From contig JBGPKK010000002.1 in the NCBI GenBank assembly GCA_041485905.1, positions 4,484 to 68,483 on the forward strand: 64,000 bases of DNA. The letters run 5' to 3'. The stretch comes from Vicinamibacteria bacterium (lineage in GTDB: Bacteria; Acidobacteriota; Vicinamibacteria; Vicinamibacterales; CAVVIG01). The translations under genes were made by a program, and so were the position numbers. How positions within the stretch are numbered: position 1 is the stretch's first letter; each line of letters opens with the position of its first letter. Below the pieces are notes generated by a model that did not search any database, was not told the DNA's origin, and worked only from the letters and a program-made list of their open reading frames with translations. Below, one piece after another: positions 38,829-47,443 of the stretch.

Positions 38829-41543
38829 TCACTTCACCGGGACGCGCTGCTTTAGGTCTTCGAACCAGTTGAGCGTGACGTTGATCTGCTCGGCTGGAGC
38901 TTTGTCGGGCGCGGCCTGGGACTTGGGCACCATCACGACGAAGTATTTGCCGTCGGGCGTGATGTCGTAAGGTCGCGCGCCGGGCGCGCTGATTCCGCTG
39001 ATTGGTAAGAGTGTGGTCTTGCCGAACGCGAAACCCCGTTGGCTTTGGATCTCGACGGCCATGATTTGCCGCGCAGTGCCAGGGCTCAAGAAAAAGAGCT
39101 CTTTCCCATCCGGCGACCACAACGGATTGTTACCGCCGGTCGTCGTAATCTGATGCTTCTCACCCGTGGGCGGAAACGGCTGAACGTACACCTCGTTTCT
39201 GCCAGATTCATTCGAGTGATACGCGAGCCATCGCCCGTCGGGTGAAAGGCTCGCGTTATTCGCGGGGGCTTTGAGGACGAGCTTTGGTTTCTGATCTGCA
39301 CCGAGGGACAACATCGAGATGCCTTGACTCGTGCCGGTCCCGTTGGTGAGGATCAAGACTTTTCCATCAGGCGACCACGATTCCGGTTGCGGACGGAGCC
39401 CCTGTTCGGCCTTGGCGAGCCGCTCAGCCGACCCTCCATCCACGCGCTGCCAGAAGAGGCCCCAGTCGCCTTCGCGGTCGGAATTGAACACCACGCGCTG
39501 GCTGTCCCTGGTCCAAAGGGGAGACTCATTGTGGCCTTCGAAGGTCAACTTGTGAATCGGCGTCGTGTCGCTCAGGTCATATATCCAAACGATGCGGTCC
39601 TTGCCGTCGTCCGTATAAACCGTCAACTGCTTCCCCGTTGGAGAAATCCGCGGCTGTGAGTACGGTCCTGACGGGATGTTCAAAGGCTTCCGAACGCCGG
39701 AACGGTCGACCAGCGTGAGCGCCAGTTCATTCGTCGTTTGGCCTCCTGGGATGTAGGCCATTGAACCGTTGTTTGCAAAGGCAAACTGAGCGTCCGCGCC
39801 ACCGCCACCTCCGGGGCCCGCTCGCCTCACGCCTTCGATGATCGGGACGGGACCGCCCGTTTGCAGCTTCCTCACATCAAAGGGGACAGCGAGCACGGTC
39901 GTCCCGAGCGCGTAGACGATGTGCCCCGTTGGCACGTACCGGCCATCGCTTCCGCCTGAAATCACTACCTTGCGCTCACCCGTCTTCAATGACTGAACGA
40001 CGATCTGGGCCTTGTCCCAGTTCTCGCTGCCGCCAGCTGAACCGCCGGCCGACAGCGTGAACAGCAAGGCATCGCCGCCGGGCAGGAGTTGCGGACGATG
40101 GGCGGTCTCACCTTCTTTGAGCGTGATGAGGTTTTCCGGTTTACCGCCGTTCGCCGAGACGCGAAGAATGCCCTTCGTCTCACCCCAGTAGATGTAGTCA
40201 TCGGAATTCCAAACCGGGCCGTATCCACCCCTATTGATCTCAACGAGGTCGCAGATCGTTACGGCGGCTCCACCGGCGATCGCAATCTTTTTCACTTTGT
40301 TCTCGGACCGCGAGTTATATCCCACCCAGCGGCCGTCCGGGGAAAAGAACGGATTGGCGGCTTGCGACGTGCCCTGAATGGGCCGGGCGTCCATGTCGCG
40401 CATGCTCCGAAGGTAAAGCTGTCGATTGGCTTCATACACAATGTTTGCGCCGTCCGGCGAAATTGTGATGAGACGCCGTGCCCCTTGCGTGAACTGCTGA
40501 CCCTCGGGAAGCACGAAAGGAAATCGAGTGACGGCTGCCGGCGGCGACGGACGCGAGTTCATCACGGCCACGGTCGCGGCGACCGCAATCCCCGCGACCA
40601 GAACCGCCGTGATCGCGTACGGAACCGCGCGCCTCCACAGGGGCTGCCGTGGGGCTTCGCGAGCTGCATGGACCTTCAGACCGTGCGGGTCGGCCATGAT
40701 CGTCTCGAGCTCAACGCGCACGTCGGCGATCGCATGCCAGCGGTCCTTGCGGTTCTTGGCGAGGCAGCGCCGAATCAGCTCTTCCGTCTTCGGATGCAGG
40801 TTCGCCGGAATCGCCCGCCAGTCGGGGTCCCGCGCGACGATGGAGGCGATCACGTCGGTGACGGTCTCGCCCTGAAAGGTCTGGCGGCCCGTGAGCATTT
40901 CGTAGAGGACGCACGCGAACGAAAAGATGTCGCTGCGCTGATCGGTGGCATGTCCCCGCGCCTGCTCGGGCGACATGTAGCCCGCCGTGCCGAGAATCAT
41001 CCCGGCTTGAGTCGCCATGACGCTGAGCGTGGGCGAGTGCGTGTTCATGGAGCTCGCTTGGGGCGATGCCTCTTCAAGCGCCTTCGCCAAACCGAAATCG
41101 AGGACTTTGACTTTCCCCTCCGGCGTGATCTTCACGTTCGCCGGCTTCAGATCCCGATGAATAATTCCCTTCTCGTGCGCGGCCTCCAACGCCTCGGCTA
41201 TCTGATGCGCGATCTTCAATGCCCCTTCTGCAGGAATCGGCCCGCGCTGGATCTGCTCGGCGAGCGTGTCGCCCGGAACCAGCTCCATGATGAGGAGGTG
41301 CTGGCCGTCGACATGCTCCAAACCGTACAGCGCCGCGATGTTCGCGTGATTGAGTGATGCGAGCAGCTTCGCTTCGCGCTCGAACCGCGCGATTCGCTCG
41401 GGGTCCCGCGCGAACGCTTCCGGGAGCATCTTCACGGCGACACTGCGTCCGAGCCGTGTATCGCGCGCCTGATACACCTCGCCCATGCCGCCCGCGCCGA
41501 GTCGAGCCTCGATCTGGAAATGTGCGATCTGTTTTCCAATCAT
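38829..41543 (-). CDS. serine/threonine protein kinase with TM and C-terminal TolB-like WD40 beta-propeller repeats
   Basis: 904 aa. Kinase motifs GAGGMGEVY, VAVK, HRDLKPAN, DFG and SPEQ. One TM (AVPYAITAVLVAGIAVAATVAVM). Repeated SPDG+W/Y propeller blades. Confidence 0.9.
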   Translation of the reverse strand: MIGKQIAHFQIEARLGAGGMGEVYQARDTRLGRSVAVKMLPEAFARDPERIARFEREAKLLASLNHANIAALYGLEHVDGQHLLIMELVPGDTLAEQIQRGPIPAEGALKIAHQIAEALEAAHEKGIIHRDLKPANVKITPEGKVKVLDFGLAKALEEASPQASSMNTHSPTLSVMATQAGMILGTAGYMSPEQARGHATDQRSDIFSFACVLYEMLTGRQTFQGETVTDVIASIVARDPDWRAIPANLHPKTEELIRRCLAKNRKDRWHAIADVRVELETIMADPHGLKVHAAREAPRQPLWRRAVPYAITAVLVAGIAVAATVAVMNSRPSPPAAVTRFPFVLPEGQQFTQGARRLITISPDGANIVYEANRQLYLRSMRDMDARPIQGTSQAANPFFSPDGRWVGYNSRSENKVKKIAIAGGAAVTICDLVEINRGGYGPVWNSDDYIYWGETKGILRVSANGGKPENLITLKEGETAHRPQLLPGGDALLFTLSAGGSAGGSENWDKAQIVVQSLKTGERKVVISGGSDGRYVPTGHIVYALGTTVLAVPFDVRKLQTGGPVPIIEGVRRAGPGGGGGADAQFAFANNGSMAYIPGGQTTNELALTLVDRSGVRKPLNIPSGPYSQPRISPTGKQLTVYTDDGKDRIVWIYDLSDTTPIHKLTFEGHNESPLWTRDSQRVVFNSDREGDWGLFWQRVDGGSAERLAKAEQGLRPQPESWSPDGKVLILTNGTGTSQGISMLSLGADQKPKLVLKAPANNASLSPDGRWLAYHSNESGRNEVYVQPFPPTGEKHQITTTGGNNPLWSPDGKELFFLSPGTARQIMAVEIQSQRGFAFGKTTLLPISGISAPGARPYDITPDGKYFVVMVPKSQAAPDKAPAEQINVTLNWFEDLKQRVPVK

Positions 41544-41650
41544 CGCGGTCTTTGCGCGCGTATCTTAACAGCAGGAAGCGCACTGGGTCGAACGCCCGTG
41601 TGATTTATCTCAGACATCCGACTTTTGATCGTTGTCTTCGCGTCCCGACG

Positions 41651-41887
41651 ATGCTACCGTCGTCAACCGCTCGCGTGATCAAGATGGATGAGAAACTGCC
41701 CGAACGCGTTGACGACGTCGATTGGCGATTCGCCAGCCTGGAGGCGTTCTTCAAGGAGGAGCGGCGCCAGAACGAAGTTTTGGTCAGGGAAGATGGCATC
41801 GCGACCCGGCGTCACATGGACGTCGTCGCTGAAAGAATAACGGCAGAACTCAAAGTGACCATGGACAGGGTATTTCCGAAGGGCTGA
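41651..41887 (+). CDS. small hypothetical protein, short paralogue of the 42020 gene
   Basis: VDDVDWRFASLEAFFKEERRQNEVLVREDGIATRRHMDVVAERITAELKV parallels FDGVGQQFDRVREDAAATRRELLAFIKDEGVTTRRHFDVVAEAQKSEIKL. The start is uncertain (ATG 41651 or 41684). Confidence 0.4.
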   Translation: MLPSSTARVIKMDEKLPERVDDVDWRFASLEAFFKEERRQNEVLVREDGIATRRHMDVVAERITAELKVTMDRVFPKG

Positions 41888-42019
41888 CCACTCCAGATTC
41901 TGCTGCACCGAGACGTGCTGGCGGTAGCAGCGGTTGACACGTTCCGATGTGAGCCGGACGAAATTCCTTGGATTCTCACGCGGCACAACATGTGCTGGTA
42001 CAGACGCGGAGGATTGCCG

Positions 42020-42445
42020 ATGACTGACGAAGAACTGGCCGGACGATTTGACAACATTGACCAGCGCTTTGCAGCCGTAGACCAGCGCTTCGACGCGGTG
42101 GACCAGCGCTTCGACGCGGTGGACCGGCGCTTCGACGCGGTGGACCGGCGATTTGACGGCGTCGGCCAGCAATTCGACCGCGTTAGGGAGGACGCGGCAG
42201 CGACGCGGCGCGAACTTCTGGCGTTCATCAAGGACGAAGGCGTGACGACGCGGCGCCATTTCGACGTCGTTGCCGAGGCACAGAAGTCGGAGATTAAGCT
42301 GATTGCAGAGGGACACAAGGCTTTGCAGAGCGACATGACTGGCGTGAAGGGAAGGGTGGACCGCGTGGAGACGCGCCAGGACCGCCTCGAAGACCGACAA
42401 GGGGCCCTCGAGCATCGTCAACGAAAGCTGGATGGACGCGAGTAA
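42020..42445 (+). CDS. coiled-coil protein with tandem DQRFDAV heptads
   Basis: ATG at 42020 with GGAGGA 7 nt upstream. 141 aa: seven heptads, a conserved TTRRHFDVVAE core, and a C-terminal charged coiled-coil (RVDRVETRQDRLEDRQGALEHRQRKL). Confidence 0.6.
   Translation: MTDEELAGRFDNIDQRFAAVDQRFDAVDQRFDAVDRRFDAVDRRFDGVGQQFDRVREDAAATRRELLAFIKDEGVTTRRHFDVVAEAQKSEIKLIAEGHKALQSDMTGVKGRVDRVETRQDRLEDRQGALEHRQRKLDGRE
42041..42184 (+). repeat. in-frame 21-bp tandem repeat (7 units)
   Basis: GACCAGCGCTTCGACGCGGTG occurs twice exactly (42080-42121), then GACCGGCGCTTCGACGCGGTG. Flanking units are progressively diverged. Confidence 0.85.
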
Positions 42446-44230
42446 TCAACGCGATTCGAGGGCAAACACCCAGACCGCTCCGCCTTCCGGCACTGGCGGA
42501 TACTCGCCCGGAAAGAGCCCGTTGAGCGTCGCCTGATCCCCTGCCGAGTCCCCGCCCCAACCCGAGTGGACTGCGACATATTGTTTCCCGTCGACCAGGA
42601 ACGTGGTCGGCGGCGCCAGAATGCCCGACGTGGTCGGCCACTCCCACCGCAGCTTGCCCGTAGAGGCGTCGAACGCGTGAATCTTCCGATCGTTGGTCCC
42701 ACCGCTGAACACCAGTCCCCCGGCGGTGGCGAGCATCGACCCCCAGTTTGGGCCCTTGAAGGTGTGGGTCCACACTCGCTGGCCAGTGTCCACGTTCCAT
42801 GCCTGCACTTCACCGAAATGATCGGCGCCGGGGACCCTCGGCGTTGGGCCGCCCCCGAACGCGGTGCCCGTGAACCCCGCGCCCGCCCGGTATTCCACCA
42901 CTGCTGACCCGATCATCGACCCGCACAAGTTGTTATTGGCCGGGATATAGATCATCCGCGTCTGGGGGCTGAACGCGATCGGAGGCCAGTTCTTGCCGCC
43001 ATGAAGTGATGGACAGAATTCCGCACGCTTGCCCGTTCCTGGCTTGCGGGCCGGATCCACGTCGGGTCGCCCGGTCACGGGGTCGAGGCGCAGGAACACG
43101 TTCTGATTCACGTACGGCTTGCCTTCGACGAAACGGATCGGTCCGTTGTTGGTGCGCTCGAGGAACCAGAGGTACCCGTTACGGGCGACGTCGATCAACC
43201 CCTTGATCGTGCGTCCGTTGCGCCGGTAGTCGACGAGGATCGGTGGCGACACCTCGTCCCAGTCCCAGGATTCGTTCGGGCTGTATTGGAAGTGCCCTTT
43301 GATCTGGCCGGTCGCGACGTCAATCGCAATGGTCGACGCCACGTACAGATTGTCGCCCGGACGCTGATCGCCCATCCACGGGCCGCCATTGCCGGTGCCC
43401 CAGAACGCCAGATTGGTCTCTGGATCGTAATTCGCAGTGACCCATATCGGTGCGCCACCAGTCTTCCACTGGTCGCCGTTGGGCCACGTCTCGCTGCCGG
43501 ACTCTCCGGGCGCCGGCACCGTATAGGTTCGCCACTGTTCCTTGCCGGTCTCTGGATCGAGGGCTGCGACGAAGCCACGAATGCCGAACTCTCCACCGGA
43601 CGTGCCGACCATCAGCTTGCCGCCGGCTATGAGAGGCGCGAGCGAAATATAGTAGCCGGACTTGTTGTCCGCAACGGTGCTCGTCCAGACTTGTCGACCG
43701 GTCTTCGCATCAAGCGCCACGACTACGGCCTCGCCGCCGGCAAAATAGACTTTGTCGGCGTACAGTGCGACGCCGCGGCTGGTGTCGTGCGGCACCAACG
43801 CGCCCGCAGCCCGCGGTCTCCGGTAGCGCCAGAGCACATTGCCGGTCCGGGCGTCGATTGCGATCACCTGATTGTTGGGTGTCGAGACGAACATGACGCC
43901 GTTGTTGACGATAGGCGCCGACTCGTGGACTCTGGCTTCGCCGGTCGAGAACCCCCAGACCGGCCGCAGCCGCGCGACGTTTTGCGTCGTGATCTGATCC
44001 AACGGACTGAAGCCCCAGCCGTCATAGGTGCGGCGAATCATCAGCCAGTTGCCGGCCTCTGGGTTCTTGAGGCGCTCCGCGGTCACCGGTAGATAATTCT
44101 GGAGGATAGTCGGCACCGGCGTCGGCACTGGTGTCGGCGCCTGCCGGGCCAAGCCTGTCGCGACCGTTGCGATGAACCAGACGACGGCTACCGCGACTGC
44201 CGCGTCGACACTCCGGGCCAGATTCTTCAT
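42446..44230 (-). CDS. PQQ-dependent dehydrogenase, methanol/ethanol family (PQQ-1)
   Basis: 594 aa with a signal peptide. Eight-bladed propeller W-motifs. Active-site region SPNESWDWDEV (D-W-D at 43256-43264). No vicinal Cys-Cys. Confidence 0.9.
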   Translation of the reverse strand: MKNLARSVDAAVAVAVVWFIATVATGLARQAPTPVPTPVPTILQNYLPVTAERLKNPEAGNWLMIRRTYDGWGFSPLDQITTQNVARLRPVWGFSTGEARVHESAPIVNNGVMFVSTPNNQVIAIDARTGNVLWRYRRPRAAGALVPHDTSRGVALYADKVYFAGGEAVVVALDAKTGRQVWTSTVADNKSGYYISLAPLIAGGKLMVGTSGGEFGIRGFVAALDPETGKEQWRTYTVPAPGESGSETWPNGDQWKTGGAPIWVTANYDPETNLAFWGTGNGGPWMGDQRPGDNLYVASTIAIDVATGQIKGHFQYSPNESWDWDEVSPPILVDYRRNGRTIKGLIDVARNGYLWFLERTNNGPIRFVEGKPYVNQNVFLRLDPVTGRPDVDPARKPGTGKRAEFCPSLHGGKNWPPIAFSPQTRMIYIPANNNLCGSMIGSAVVEYRAGAGFTGTAFGGGPTPRVPGADHFGEVQAWNVDTGQRVWTHTFKGPNWGSMLATAGGLVFSGGTNDRKIHAFDASTGKLRWEWPTTSGILAPPTTFLVDGKQYVAVHSGWGGDSAGDQATLNGLFPGEYPPVPEGGAVWVFALESR

Positions 44231-44236
44231 TCTCCT

Positions 44237-46420
44237 TTATCGCTTGTCCGGGAGCGCGAACACGTACATCGCATTCCCGGTCGCCGGAGGATGCAGTTCA
44301 GGCGCGATTGTTGCCGGCACGAGCCGCGGGCTGCCGCCACCGTTTCCGCTGGTAATGCCGATGTATTGTTTCCCGTCGATACTGAATGTCACCGGGAACC
44401 CCTGCACGGAGGTGGCGAGCCGCGTTTCCCACAACACCGTGCCGGTCTTGACGTCGAATGCCCTGAACTTGCGATCGAGATCTCCCGCAAACACGACGCC
44501 GCCAGCCGTCGAGATCGCCGCGGTCATGAAGGGCGCCCGCTGTTCGTGCGACCACATTTCTTTCATGGTCCTCACGTCGAACGCAGCCAGCTTGCCGATG
44601 TTGCCGTCCGAGCCAGGCAATTCGAAGAAACGCCGGCCCGCTCCGCCCCCGCTCCCGCCGCCTTCCTTCTGCTCGACTCGCTGCGCGCTGATCTCGATGC
44701 AGCTCTGGCTGAGCGGAATGATGATCTGATTCGTTCCCGCGTGATGGCTCGACGCCGGCCAGTTGTGGCCGCCTTCCGTGCTCGGACAGCCCTGCAGCCA
44801 CTCCCCGAACCGCTGCTCCAGGATGTCCGAACGATAGGTAGGCCTGCCGGTCTGCGGATCGAACCGTTCCCACACGTTCTGAAACACGGTTTCCTTATGG
44901 CCAAGGTACTTGCCGGTCTTCCGATCGAGCTTCCACAGGATGCCGTCCTTCCCGACCGTGAATAGCAGGTTCTGGTTATCGTCATCGACGAGCAGGCGCT
45001 CGAACACGACGTCGAGATCCAGCGACTCCGCCGGCGCGTGCTGGAAGTGCCAGGCCAGCTTGCCGGTATCGACATCCAAGGCAAGCGTCGAGCTGGTGAA
45101 GAGCGCATCGTCTTTGATCGACATGCCGCGGCTGATCGGCATCCAGGGTTTCGCCTGCGCGGTGCCCCAGTACGTGAGATTCAGCACCGGATCGTAGCTG
45201 CCGGTAATCCACGACTCGCCGCCGGCGCGGAACAGATTCGTGAGCGGGCCCCAGGAGTCTCCGCCGAGCTCGCCTTGCTTGGCGATCGTGTAGAACCTCC
45301 ACTGCTCCTTGCCCGTCGCGGTGTCGTACGCGCTGATGAAGCATTTCTCTTCGCGATAGGTTGAGCACCCGCCAAGCCCCTGGATCAGCTTGCCCTTCGC
45401 CACGATCGGGCCGCTGCTGGTGCTGTAGTTGCCCTTCGTCCGATCGCCGATGGTGGTTTGCCACACGGTCTTGCCGGTCCTCGCATCGAGCGCCACCAGC
45501 CGCGCGTCGCTTGTCGCCGCAAAGACCTTGTCCTCGTAGATCGAGATCCCCCGCATCGCGGCGCCGTTGGCCTGCGTGCCGTAGCGGTTCTCCCAGATCA
45601 GATCGCCCGTGCGGCCGTCGATCGCCTGCATGACGTTGCCGGGGTTGTTGAGATAGATCACTCCGTTATGCACGAGCGGCGCAGGCTGATTCGCTCCGCC
45701 TTCGTTCATCGCCCAGACCCACTGCAGGCGCAGATCTTTGACGTTGTCCTTCGTGATCTGATTCAGCGTGCTGTAGTTCGACGCGTGGTAGTCGTGTCGA
45801 ATCATGAGCCAGTCGTTGGGGCTCGGGTTGCGCAGCATCGCGTCCGTGACCGGCAGATAATTCTTCACTTCGCCGGCGACCGTGATGGCCGCCACCGGCG
45901 CCGCCGCTCCGCGTCCACGGCCTTGCCCTCCGGCCGCCGCCGCGGGCGCAGCTCCGCGTCCCGGTGCCGCGCCCCGTTGTCCTGCGGCCGCCGCTGCCGC
46001 CGGAGCCTGGCCTGTCGCCATTGCATTGATCGCCACATCTGTCGCCGCCGTCAGTGGCTGATTGCCGGCGGGGGCGCCATTGGACTGAAGGATGAACGCG
46101 ATGATGTTGACGTAATTCTCCGCACTGAGTGCGCCCGGGCTCTGCGGAGGCATGGTCAGTTGCATGAATGAGAGCAGTTCGCGCGCCGAGCGCCGACCCC
46201 AGGCTTCCATGAACTCGGAGCCGGCAAGCGGAGCCGCGTCACCAGAGCCTTTGAGATCGGGCAGGTGGCAGCTGGCACACTGCGCTTGATAGGTCGTACC
46301 GCCTGCCGCAGCCTGCGCGGCGGTGTACCGGCCAGCGGCAGCCTGTTGGCCGGCCAGCATGAGGCCGCCCGCAGCGAGGGCAATCACGACCAGCACAAGT
46401 TGAGTTCTAAAGTCGCGCAT
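44237..46420 (-). CDS. N-terminal cytochrome c fused to a PQQ-dependent dehydrogenase (PQQ-2)
   Basis: ATG at 46420 ([19 protein letters not shown]). CASCH heme motif, Ala/Gly/Arg-rich linker, then a PQQ propeller with AESLDLDVV (D-L-D at 45011-45019). Confidence 0.85.
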   Translation of the reverse strand: MRDFRTQLVLVVIALAAGGLMLAGQQAAAGRYTAAQAAAGGTTYQAQCASCHLPDLKGSGDAAPLAGSEFMEAWGRRSARELLSFMQLTMPPQSPGALSAENYVNIIAFILQSNGAPAGNQPLTAATDVAINAMATGQAPAAAAAAGQRGAAPGRGAAPAAAAGGQGRGRGAAAPVAAITVAGEVKNYLPVTDAMLRNPSPNDWLMIRHDYHASNYSTLNQITKDNVKDLRLQWVWAMNEGGANQPAPLVHNGVIYLNNPGNVMQAIDGRTGDLIWENRYGTQANGAAMRGISIYEDKVFAATSDARLVALDARTGKTVWQTTIGDRTKGNYSTSSGPIVAKGKLIQGLGGCSTYREEKCFISAYDTATGKEQWRFYTIAKQGELGGDSWGPLTNLFRAGGESWITGSYDPVLNLTYWGTAQAKPWMPISRGMSIKDDALFTSSTLALDVDTGKLAWHFQHAPAESLDLDVVFERLLVDDDNQNLLFTVGKDGILWKLDRKTGKYLGHKETVFQNVWERFDPQTGRPTYRSDILEQRFGEWLQGCPSTEGGHNWPASSHHAGTNQIIIPLSQSCIEISAQRVEQKEGGGSGGGAGRRFFELPGSDGNIGKLAAFDVRTMKEMWSHEQRAPFMTAAISTAGGVVFAGDLDRKFRAFDVKTGTVLWETRLATSVQGFPVTFSIDGKQYIGITSGNGGGSPRLVPATIAPELHPPATGNAMYVFALPDKR

Positions 46421-46433
46421 ACAGTTGTGCCTC

Positions 46434-46868
46434 CTACCGCAGGAACCAGCCCCACAGATTTCCATCCGGGGCTTTCTCGCTTGAAATCTGAATATACAGG
46501 CGGCCCTTCTGAAGGCTCTGCACCTGTTCCGGAGTCAAATCGATCGAGCCGGCGAGCGTCCCGGTCATTCCCTTGGAAACCGTGATGTCGGCAACGGGTG
46601 CTCCGCGCACACCCTTCGTCAGACCGGAATGAAGACGGGCGGTGGTTGCCGCTGAGCGCAGCCCTTGGAACGTTCCGCTGATCGTGAGCTTCGTGCCGGC
46701 CAGCACGGCCGATGCAGCACCTGATCCCGCCACCGTGTCACGCATCCCACCATCCATCGGGATGGTGCTCAGCCGGGCTTTGTACCGTTCCTGATTCTGC
46801 GCGGCCGGCTGTGCGAACCAGACACAGACGACCGCGATCACGGCGATAGCAACAGATTGTGTTTTCAT
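46434..46868 (-). CDS. CHRD-domain-like secreted protein
   Basis: 144 aa with a signal peptide. The pattern [22 protein letters not shown]...ARLHSG...GVRGAPV...[18 protein letters not shown] fits the CHRD consensus as I remember it. Confidence 0.55.
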   Translation of the reverse strand: MKTQSVAIAVIAVVCVWFAQPAAQNQERYKARLSTIPMDGGMRDTVAGSGAASAVLAGTKLTISGTFQGLRSAATTARLHSGLTKGVRGAPVADITVSKGMTGTLAGSIDLTPEQVQSLQKGRLYIQISSEKAPDGNLWGWFLR

Positions 46869-46915
46869 GGTTCACTCGCGTATGGGCTGCATTCTAATCC
46901 TATTCCGGCTTGCGG

Positions 46916-47443
46916 TCAGGGTCGTTTTGTCGTGATGCGAATCCGTTGGAGGGCGTCAGCGTCGGCGTCAAGCTCCTGCCCGCCGGGAGGGAACTTGTTG
47001 GCCTGCAGAATGAACGCCACGATATCGCGATAGCGCTGAGGGGACAAACTGTTGGGCCGGTCCGATGGCATGAGCGTTCGAATCCGTACGAACAGCTCGC
47101 CGATGGTCGCGTCGTCCCACTGAAACGAAAAACTCTCCTCCACAAGGCTCGGCGCGGTGCTGTCGCCGCGAAGGTCTTTGGCGTGACACGAGGCGCACAC
47201 GTCCATATACAGAACCCGGCCGCGCCCGGCCTGTTCTTCGGTGTAGACCCCATCCCACGCCGTGCGTGCCGTGCCCGGTTTGGCCTCTTGAGCGCGCGCG
47301 AGGGTGCCGAGGACGAGCCCGCTCGCCACCAAGGCGATCGCGCCGCAGACGAACGCTGATGTGGCGTAAGGCTTCAGCCTTGCGAGCCGGACGCGCTCGC
47401 AACACTGAAGTGTTGCGCCACACCTGGCGTTGAGCATTCTCAT
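46916..47443 (-). CDS. c-type cytochrome (mono-heme), paralogous to the N-domain of PQQ-2
   Basis: 175 aa. CASCH motif and a TLMP Met-ligand region. ATGA overlap with the PQQ-3 stop. TM/signal segment AFVCGAIALVASGLVLG. Confidence 0.8.
   Translation of the reverse strand: MRMLNARCGATLQCCERVRLARLKPYATSAFVCGAIALVASGLVLGTLARAQEAKPGTARTAWDGVYTEEQAGRGRVLYMDVCASCHAKDLRGDSTAPSLVEESFSFQWDDATIGELFVRIRTLMPSDRPNSLSPQRYRDIVAFILQANKFPPGGQELDADADALQRIRITTKRP
47368..47416. repeat. three consecutive hairpins inside the 5' end of the cytochrome c CDS
   Basis: AAGGCT-TC-AGCCTT (47368-81). GCGAGC...GCTCGC (47382-47400). GCAACAC-TGAA-GTGTTGC (47399-47416). Confidence 0.5.

Noticed and set aside
41663-42421. 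252-aa minus-strand ORF covering the coiled-coil genes.
   Set aside because: It is the mirror image of the 21-bp repeat (VHRVEA repeats) and lacks an SD or sensible start. The plus-strand gene has an SD and a paralogue sharing a conserved core.
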